Positions 37,201 to 45,298 of a DNA stretch of 64,000 nucleotides are shown here, in pieces. A program made the translations under genes and the position numbers. Origin of the DNA: Ostrea edulis (Eukaryota); contig NC_079172.1 of the NCBI RefSeq assembly GCF_947568905.1, positions 43,462,001 through 43,526,000 of the forward strand. The letters run 5' to 3'. A model generated the notes under the pieces. It had not been told where the DNA came from and searched no databases. It saw nothing but the letters and a program-made list of their open reading frames with translations. The first letter of the stretch is position 1. Each line of letters opens with the position of its first letter.

Positions 37201-40200
37201 TTGTTTTATTTGATCAATATGATTATTAATACATTTAATATACTCAATGTCTTTTAAAAGTGAGTTATTAAACTTCCATAGTCCCTTCCCATGTTTGAAA
37301 TTATTTAATTTAAGTGATACATACACTGGAGAATGATCTGATCTATAGCTTGTCATAATGTCACTGCTTTTAACTTCCTTTAGGAGGGAAGCAGATATAA
37401 GAAAGAAATCTAGGCGAGCTTGTTTCATAGGATTAGGTTTTCTCCAAGTGAACCTATTTACATTTGGATGGAATTCTCTATATATATCAACTAAATTTAA
37501 AGATAGCATTTGTTCTAGAACAGCTTCCCTTGCCTTGGGGTTATTAACATGTAAATAATTGAAATAATCTTTGGTAGTATCTAGTACCAGATTAAAATCC
37601 CCAACAATAATAATTTCCTCGTTGTTTAATTTTGTAATAGTATCTCCTAATTTCTGATAGAAGTCAGGAGAGTCATCATTTGGTCCATATATACATATCA
37701 AACTTATTTTCTTATTTTCTAATGAAATGCTAAGTGCAAGTAAATTACCAGTATTATCTGAAATAGGCTGTTCATGAATTTGGTACTCAAAATTATTATT
37801 AAATAGAATGGCAACCCCTCTTGAGTTTGAAGTAAAAGAATTGAATCGAGCTTCATAGCCCCACTCATTTCTTATTTCTTGTTCCATTTCAATTGTAAAA
37901 TGTGTGTCTATTAAACATAAAATGCTGCAATGCTGTTGGCGATAGTATTGGAAAATGTCTTTCCGTTTCTTATGGTCATTTAATCCTTGACAGTTCACAG
38001 AGATAATTTTAATTTCAGCCATGTATCTGTTTGTTTGTTATATAGATTTCAGCAAAACACGGACTGACAAAATACTGGCCCCCATTGAAAAGTTTGAAAC
38101 GTAAAGGAAAGGAGAAAGAGAGAGAGAGAGAAATGAGAAGAAAATAATAATCATGTATGAAAAGAGTTGAAGATGTTGATTCATTATATTATAACCGAGT
38201 AATTTAGTCGGAAAGAGTGCTATTGTCCAAACCTAGTACATATAATATATATACATTTGTCGTCGTCGTCTTGTATACCGGAAGTTGTAATATTGAAGGA
38301 AATTATCAAAACCAAAATTGACACAATTACAAATTCCGGAAAACAATATTAGAATAGGATGATCGCGATACAAAGCTATATAGACCCATCATATGCAGAT
38401 TAATATAGACATACTATAGCATAACTATACACACCACTTGCAAATAGTACCTTGATAATAGTAATTAGTAATATTGAGTTTTTATAATTCACATTTCTAA
38501 ATATAACTTGCAAGTAATGTACACTGATATAATACAATATATATACATATATAACCCGCAGTAGCCACTCCTAGAGTACAGTGTTGGCCACTTCACACAC
38601 ATGGTCCTCCATGATTCGGAAGCGGTCCGGACCAATATGATTTGGGCCACACCAGCGCGTTATAACTACACCCAGATTTTCAATTTTGTTTGTTTTCATA
38701 TATGTCATAAGGCGCCTCCCTGCTCCATGCTCGCCATCATCCCAGTAACTTTCGTGAATTTTCCCTGAAGAATCTACAAACCTGTAGATTAGGATTCGAT
38801 GATCGGCTGCGGCTGAGTAGGGGTCTACACAAACTTTTTTGTATAAGTTTTGAACTTCTATTATTGAAGCAACCTTCGCTCCGGTGGCGAATATTTCAGA
38901 ACCCTTAAGTTTGGTTGGTTCAGTTGTAGTGTCTGAGATATCCAGGTTTTCTATTTCATCGGGTGTAATTTGTAGAGTATCCGATGTTTCTATCTTTTGT
39001 ACTGGATCAATATATGCGTCTCCGTTTGGCAAAGTTACTCGCCCCCGTTCCACTCTCGCCTTGATTTTATTTTCGCGCAGAGAGTCAGAAATATCATACA
39101 GTCTTTTACGTTCTTCCCGAATTGCAGGGGGGTCTTGCGATGTTATATAGAAAGGAAGCCTGATTTTTTCTAGCTTTTTCGCTTTTTGCGCTTTCAGTAT
39201 TTCATCTTTTTTGCTTCGATCCACCAATTTTGCTGTTATTGTGACGGGTCTAGAATTGTAAGTACCCTTGGCGCTATTTCTGTGAATGCGAACAAAGGAA
39301 ACTTGTACCCCTAAAGATTCCTTTATCAGTTTGGGAATAGCATCTGATAGGAGTTCACCAGGTGTATATTCAAAGTTGTGGATCAGAATATTATCTCGCA
39401 TTGAACGGGAACGTAATTCATTAAGTTCCTTGTCTTGGTGTGCAATTTTTCTATCCAGTTTAATCACTGAGGCCCTTAATAAATCGACTTCGCTTCGAAG
39501 TTGGGCATTCTCCTGACGTATAAAATATATATCGTCGTAATTGCTCTCCGATTGTTCTGCCACGTATTTGAGTGATTTCACAAATCCCGATTCCTCATCA
39601 TGGATTAAAGATTTCATTTGGGCAATGTCATTTGATAACGAATCGTAGTTGGATAGTTTGTTCCTTAAACTATCAATGGTGTTTTGTAATTCTTGAATTC
39701 TACAGTTCATATCTTTGTTAACACTAACCTGATTTGCGGAACACTGCTCAGTCTTTCTAAAACTTGTCTGACCACTCTTTTGTTGTTGATTCAACGGCAT
39801 TTTTACTGCATCAAACACATTCAAAAATCTTCAAAAAAACACTATCCAAGTTCGTGAATTATATGGGTTGCAGAGAAGCAGCAATCACCTATTAAAAAGC
39901 TTCAAAAATAGCTCTTTCCGACCAAATTTTCGGGAGTCGAGTTTTACGTGGTCATTCCTCAGGTAGGTCACGCGATTTATAATAGGTATAAATTACCTCT
40001 TTCCGGAGTGTAAAAATATGGTATGCATTTGTAGAAGAAAATGGAAGATATAGTCCGAACACAAATCCATGGCATAAACCTATAATTTTGACCTTGAGAT
40101 CAAAGGTCAAGGTCATAAAGAGGTCATGAATGTACATGACACATAGTCTCATGGTGACACACCCATGTCTTATGGTATGACTATGTCAAAACCCTATAAT

Positions 40201-43200
40201 CAATTTTGACCTTGAGGTCAAAGTTCAAGGTCATATACAGGCCATGAAGGTACTCGACACATCGTCTCATGGTGATACACTCATGTGTCAAATATGATAT
40301 GCCTATGTCAAAGAACAAAGAAGTCATGGCCCGGACATGAATCCATTGTAAAAACCTTTAATTTTGACCTTGAGGTCAAGGTCATATGGGGGTCATGAAG
40401 GTACATGACACATCGTCTCCTGGTGATACACTCATGTGTCAATTATGTTATGCCTATGTCAAAGAACAAAGAAGTTATGACCCAGACACGAATCCTATGT
40501 AAAAAACCTTTAATTTTGACCTTGAGGTCAAGGGTCAAGGTCATATGGAGGTCATGAAGGTACATGACACATCGTCTCATGGTGATACACTCATGTGTCA
40601 AATATGGTATGCCTATGTCAAAGAACAAAGAAGTTATGGCCCGGACACGAATCCATTGTAAAAAACCTTTAATTTTGACCTTGAGGTCAAGGTCATATAG
40701 AGGTCATGAAGGTACTTGTCACATCGTCTCATGGTGATCTACCTGTGTGCCAAATATGGTATGCCTAAGTCAAAGAACAAAGAAGTTATGGCCCGGACAT
40801 GAATCTGCACGGACAGACAGAGTGATTCCTATATACCCCCCAGAACTTCGTTCGGGGGGTATAATAATTTACCAGACAGAAGTTTTCTACCTTTGAGTGT
40901 TTTACTTTGTAGTATGCTGTAATGTTTCAAATATTAATGATAATACCCAGTTCCATAAATCACTTCACCAAGGATAGGCCCACAAGTCTCATCCGTCACC
41001 CAAGTATTAGTTAATAGTATCACTAGCCTGCAAGTCAAACTCGTCACCTCAGTATTAGTTAAAAGTATTACTAGCCCCAACATGCCCAAGAGCTACAACA
41101 TATTAATAACATTCCTATTTTGCATATCTGAACGGAATTCTAATATTCAGCAGCAGTATAAATCAAGATGTGTTCTTAAAATACAAATGCCCCTGAAAGT
41201 GCCCATACCGTCTGGTAAAATATTTTTCATAATATCAAAATCAACTAGTAAGTCTTTCAAATGATAAAGACAATAATCACTATAAGTTTATTCCAACCTG
41301 GAATCAAACCCCTACCCCTGGGATCATGAACATTAACATTTTTTGTAAAAGGCTACTTGCTCCTTCTAAAAATCCATAATTTCAATTAATAGGGCTGAAA
41401 TGATACGCCCCCTTCGCGATAAGATACGTATTGCAATACTTATGCATGTAACGATTTAATATTTTTGATAGGATACATTCTTAATTAGAAGAAATCAATA
41501 AATCAATAATTCTCAACAATTTTTTTTTTTTTACCAAGATTCACATTCACAATTTTAAAAGTAAAATACTTCCAACAGCCGAATGGTATAAAGGTGTCTG
41601 TTGGCATGGTAGTTTAAACTGATTAAGATTGTACAAACTCGAGGCTAACGTTATCGAATGCCATTGTCCCTTGTGCAATTGTATTCAACCGAAGATCGAG
41701 GCAGTGAATTGAACTTTGAAATGAGCTTTTATATCAAACAGTATCTATATTTTGATGAATTGTGAAGCATGTAAATCTTATTTCCTTAATCAAACATGTA
41801 ATCACTCCTCGATTAACGAGATTGTACCCAATCGTAACTACTCGGCTATTTCCGTAACTGCAAATGAACCTTGTATGTGGATCGACGCCATCAGAGGATA
41901 TTGCCATGTGTACACAAATGTAACTATGACGTCACAGTCGTACGTTACAATATGAAACATAAGCTTTCAAATGCATATCATATATATCTAAGGTATTCTA
42001 CCACTTTCAATTTCCACTGATAGCGAGCGAAGCTCACATCGCGACAACCTCGCTCCAATGATTACACATATGAATCACATGATTTGCTCTTCATCACCTG
42101 AAAAAAGATCTCGAGTATTACCCATAATGCTTCTGGAAAAATGTCGCCGTCACTGCAGTATACTTCATTGACAAGTCCGTAATTAAAATAATTAGATTGT
42201 TTAGATAGTACTATAAACGTTTTTGAATTCCAGACAAGGTTTCTCATAGCTTCAAACGTTTTGTTTTTGCTTGATTCGAGAGAAGAAGAAAAACATTGCA
42301 GCTAATATGACGTCACAATGTAACTGTTTACATCCACCGCATTATATTCCCCGCGTTAAATGAAGAGACGGATAAAATGCCTGTAAGTCGTGTGGTAAGA
42401 TGTTAATGGGCTTCGTTCGTCTCAACGGTCACACCGTACAAAATATTATGTTTATGTATTAGCCTGAATAAGACGTTAATGATACCGAAACTGAATCTGT
42501 GGTGAAAATCTAAACACTACATTACACAAGGATTCAGTTCTGGCCTTCTAACCTCATCCACAGGCGTGCTTCCAGCGAAGAAATGCATCGATTTGATGCA
42601 ATTCTTGCGCCGATCCACATCCGAGTCTCCTTACCAGTTACGGAAAAGGACGACCAGTCGACGTGATTCGATTGGATTGTACCATGTGTCCCATGTTTGT
42701 AAATTTGCTCAACATTGACATTGAATATAACATCACAATTTACTGTTTGTATCAATTGCATCATATTTCCTGCATTCAACAAATAGGCGGCCGGATCAAC
42801 TTCAGGATATTTTTGTCTTGTTATGGACACAGGCACCTGTGATCGGTGGGGAAATAATATATTTTGGATAAATTATTGGTTCTCTGTATAAAAATAATTT
42901 CTTTCTAGAAGGGGTAATGGTATGTACATAAGATTATTGAAGCTATCCACACTTCAGGTGCCTATGGTTGTGGATATAGATAGTATTAATGTCAATACTC
43001 TTGCTTCGCCCTCAATCACGGTCACTCCGTAAGACATATCATAGAGGGCGAAGGACTGTGAGCTCCCTCCCTATAGGTAACACGTATATACATGTTTAAA
43101 AGGAAAATATAGAAAACTAGTGAAAAATTAAACCATACTTATGGAACTTGAAAATTTTGGTCCCAAATGGCGTCGATTCGAATATTAGCACGTGGACATG

Positions 43201-45069
43201 TATTTCTTCATTTTGAATCTCTTATACCCATGTTCACGTCATTCTGAGATGTTACATAAAATCCGTAAAAGCATGTAAATCTTATTTTCTTAATCATATA
43301 TAATCACTATACTTGATTAACGCGAATTGTACAACGTTTCCTGTTTGTGTAATTGCTGACGCGGAATATGATGTCACAATGTACTGTTTACATCAGTTGC
43401 ATAGCGTTTCCCGCGTTCAATGAATAGGCGGATCGAAAATGTCTAACGTTAGAATACTTTGATTGAGCATTGTCCTCGTTAGGTGCTAATATTTCGGGAT
43501 ATTTTTTTTTTTTTGTCCTGTTATGCAGAGTTCCCGAAACTAGTAAAAAATCTGTAGGACAATTGTCCGGTAAATATTCAAAATTTACCGGACAATTGTG
43601 AAATTTACCGGACATTGTTGTTTTAAATAAAAAGAGATAAAATTAACATAGATCGGACTAATAATTTATTTCTATTTCCATTTCATGCACAGTTTGTTCA
43701 ATTGCTCTGTCATTAAAGTCTTCTGTCTGTTCGTTGTCAGAGTCACAGTCCGTCTCGTAGTCACAGTCATCTGCAGTCTCAGGGTCCGATTCAGCAACTG
43801 TTGTATTCCTAGGTTCCTCATCCTGTGTCACTTCCTGAATCATAATGTCTTCGTCTTGTTGTTCGCTGTTCTTGTTGCAAGTAGATCTAGCGTAGGTCAA
43901 TCTTCTTGGCTGCTTACTTGATGTCTACAAAATATGTTCATTATCATATATATATACGTGATTAAAATCCAAACTACCGAATAAAACAAAAATTAAACTA
44001 TTACAATACATGTTATAATTACCATCCATTTATTAATTGCTTCTGTTGGATCAAAGTTCAAAATATCAGTCGACTCCAGCTGAATAACCATGCAATCATC
44101 AAGGTGCTTGTTACTCAAACGCTGTCTCCTGTTTGTCTTGGTCATTTTCATCTGGTTGAAGGAGGCCTCATTGACAACAGAAGTGGCAGGGAGTGTACGC
44201 AGTAAGTCCATAACAGTTAGAATGTCCTGGATGCCCATGTCAGAAAAGCAATTCCAAACATGTGTCCACTTAACAGTGTTCAGCTTATTTCCATATCTTA
44301 AAACCAGACAGAAAGCAATTTCCACAGAAATAATAAACTTTTGGCATTGTTATATACAAAGTTTAAAATATAAATGTTGTTACTTGTGTTGTAATATAGG
44401 TATTGTGTAATACGTACTTTTTTTGCAAAACATCATATATCCATCATAGACCAGCCATTTCCAATCATCTAGCCATTTCTTGTGGAATTTTCTTTCCCTC
44501 TTACTTCCTTTATCCCCATCATTGTCTTTCTGACCGTCTTTTTCTTTTCTTTTAGTACATGTGGCACCCGAATTCCACTTTATCGGCCACATGCCCAATG
44601 TTGGTCAACTCCAATAGGAAATTGTGGTACGTGTGTAAAAAAAGAACCCGCGAATTTATCCGGATTAAAAAAATAAAACTACGCGTTTGTTTGGCTTTTC
44701 CCTCCACTTTTAATTAATAGTTATTTTTTGTAACTAATAAAATGACTATTACATTTAGTTATATTTGTTCAGATGTTTTTAAATTTCAAAATAGTCCATA
44801 AAATCTGCCGGACATTTTGACCGATAAAATTTGGATTTTGCCGGCCCCATTCAAAATTTATCGGGGATGCCCGATGGACCGGCGCGTTTCGGGAACTCTG
44901 TGTTATGGATCTAGATACTAATGCCAATATTTTTTGCTTCGCCCTCAAACACGGTCACGTCATAAGACATATTACATCGCAAACAGTGCAAGATCAACAT
45001 AGCCATACCTATTAAAACTCCATCGACGTCAAAAACGACGTGTGTGACCGGTGTAATGGGCGCAGACAT
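29521..45069 (-). CDS. PUDP: Pseudouridine-5'-phosphatase (PUDP/HDHD1), HAD family, 231 aa, 5 coding exons
   Basis: complement(join(29521-29703, 30077-30309, 33296-33388, 33823-33948, 45009-45069)) = 696 nt. HAD motif I FDVDGVLIDTE, motif III GKPAPD and motif IV VFEDAPNGVEAA are present. The C-terminus FKPEMFGLPPF resembles human PUDP. All GT-AG phases are consistent. Confidence 0.95.
30541..32106 (+). mobile_element. Full-length Tc1-family DNA transposon (1566 bp) in PUDP intron 3, antisense to host
   Basis: Perfect 26-bp TIR tactactcaaaatttgataaggatca at 30541-30566 and 32081-32106. TA flanks on both sides. Confidence 0.92.
30801..31839 (+). pseudogene. Tc1 DD34E transposase with one frameshift and one nonsense codon
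   Basis: MPPQRVRRRL...HTH region, a frameshift near 30925, TGA at 31201-31203, then LFTDES / MDDNARPH / DLNPIEHVW. There are 34 residues between the second D and the E. Confidence 0.9.
32125..33330. repeat. 41-bp satellite x~28 derived from the PUDP exon-3 end
   Basis: agattgacagtggagacaatgtgtagagattgagttgttac. The terminal copy aligns across the exon-3 donor (gagttgtttca[ttacctggcaata]aattgacagtggggaacaat). Confidence 0.92.
34258..38022 (-). pseudogene. L1/Tx1 ORF2 (APE endonuclease + reverse transcriptase + Cys/His C-terminal domain), 1254 codons with one in-frame TGA
   Basis: EN motifs: NCQGL, IVGDFN, SDHSPV. RT motifs: WRPISLLN, RQGDPLSP, QYADD. C-terminal CTFCDREDETIYHLLWDC. The 345-aa and 885-aa ORFs share a frame and are joined by TGA (36985-36987) plus 23 sense codons. 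Confidence 0.92.
38571..39800 (-). CDS. L1/Tx1 ORF1p (coiled coil + RRM/CTD) fused to a C-terminal IMPACT/YigZ (UPF0029) domain, 409 aa
   Basis: ATG at 39800. Heptad-rich region, then RSRSMRDNILIHNF, FVRIHR, RPVTITAKL and DPPAIREERKRL (L1-type ORF1 hallmarks). The C-terminal ~115 aa read AAADHRILIYRF...DDGEHGAGRRLM...NLGVVITRWCGPNHIGPDRF. Confidence 0.88.
   Translation of the reverse strand: MPLNQQQKSGQTSFRKTEQCSANQVSVNKDMNCRIQELQNTIDSLRNKLSNYDSLSNDIAQMKSLIHDEESGFVKSLKYVAEQSESNYDDIYFIRQENAQLRSEVDLLRASVIKLDRKIAHQDKELNELRSRSMRDNILIHNFEYTPGELLSDAIPKLIKESLGVQVSFVRIHRNSAKGTYNSRPVTITAKLVDRSKKDEILKAQKAKKLEKIRLPFYITSQDPPAIREERKRLYDISDSLRENKIKARVERGRVTLPNGDAYIDPVQKIETSDTLQITPDEIENLDISDTTTEPTKLKGSEIFATGAKVASIIEVQNLYKKVCVDPYSAAADHRILIYRFVDSSGKIHESYWDDGEHGAGRRLMTYMKTNKIENLGVVITRWCGPNHIGPDRFRIMEDHVCEVANTVL
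41390..41700. repeat. Dispersed repeat, second copy at ~59955-60300
   Basis: Shared motifs ctgaaa(t/c)gatacgcccc...gtattgcaata and cctgttgg...taaactgattaag occur at both sites. Confidence 0.6.
43526..44900 (-). mobile_element. Internally deleted hAT transposon (ZNF862-like transposase remnants), 1375 bp, 7-bp TSD
   Basis: Perfect 15-bp TIR cagagttcccgaaac. TGTTATG at 43519-43525 and 44901-44907. Remnants RKFHKKWLDDWKWLVYDGYMMFCKK (N-terminal zinc-finger start) and LPATSVVNEASFNQMKMTKTNRRQRL...FDPTEAINKW (hAT dimerisation domain), plus an acidic tail. Confidence 0.85.
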
Positions 45070-45298
45070 TTTCGAAGACTGGGATGTCGATCCCGAGGTA
45101 ATTATTTGATAATTATTCTTTTCTTTTTTTTCTTGCATTTTTACATAACTGCAATGAAAAAATATTTTTTTGTATAAAGGTTGACTTTACAGAATTCATC
45201 TAATATATACACTTTTTAATATGTTTGGATTAAACGAGACATAATTTAAAAAAATCGGGTTCGGCATCCATCTCTTCTACTTTCATTTTGTCATTAAG
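45070..45298. promoter_or_regulatory. Probable bidirectional promoter for PUDP (-) and ANKRD39 (+)
   Basis: The start codons at 45069 (-) and 45299 (+) are 229 nt apart and divergent. Promoter activity is inferred from geometry only. Confidence 0.7.

Larger units (their letters stand above)
34082..39979 (-). mobile_element. Full-length L1/Tx1-group non-LTR retrotransposon, 5.9 kb, same orientation as the PUDP host
   Basis: 15-bp TSD taataggtataaatt at 34067-34081 and 39980-39994 (the T end merges with the tail). PolyA tail with AATAAA at ~34082-34112. Two ORFs separated by a 548-nt spacer. A (CT)n tract lies directly after the ORF2 stop. Confidence 0.95.
33996..40866. mobile_element. HINE-type Helentron split by the L1 insertion (33996-34081 plus 39980-40866)
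   Basis: The left piece is aacaag...gaataccccccg. The right piece has ~160-190-bp gaccttgaggtcaaggtcat units, a cggacagacag microsatellite and the terminal palindrome ataccccccagaacttcgttcggggggtat, whose last arm is the inverted copy of the left subterminal motif. Confidence 0.7.

Noticed and set aside
31066-39516. Antisense ORFs over the Tc1 and L1 (31066-31650, 34742-35062, 37358-37558, 38884-39150, 39286-39516)
   Set aside because: They are shadows of the real coding strand and have no recognisable motifs.
42534-43615. Two minus-strand ORFs sharing KYPE and LNAGNxMQL, suggesting a gene family
   Set aside because: The similarity comes from the underlying duplicated non-coding repeat, and one ORF runs across the hAT terminus.
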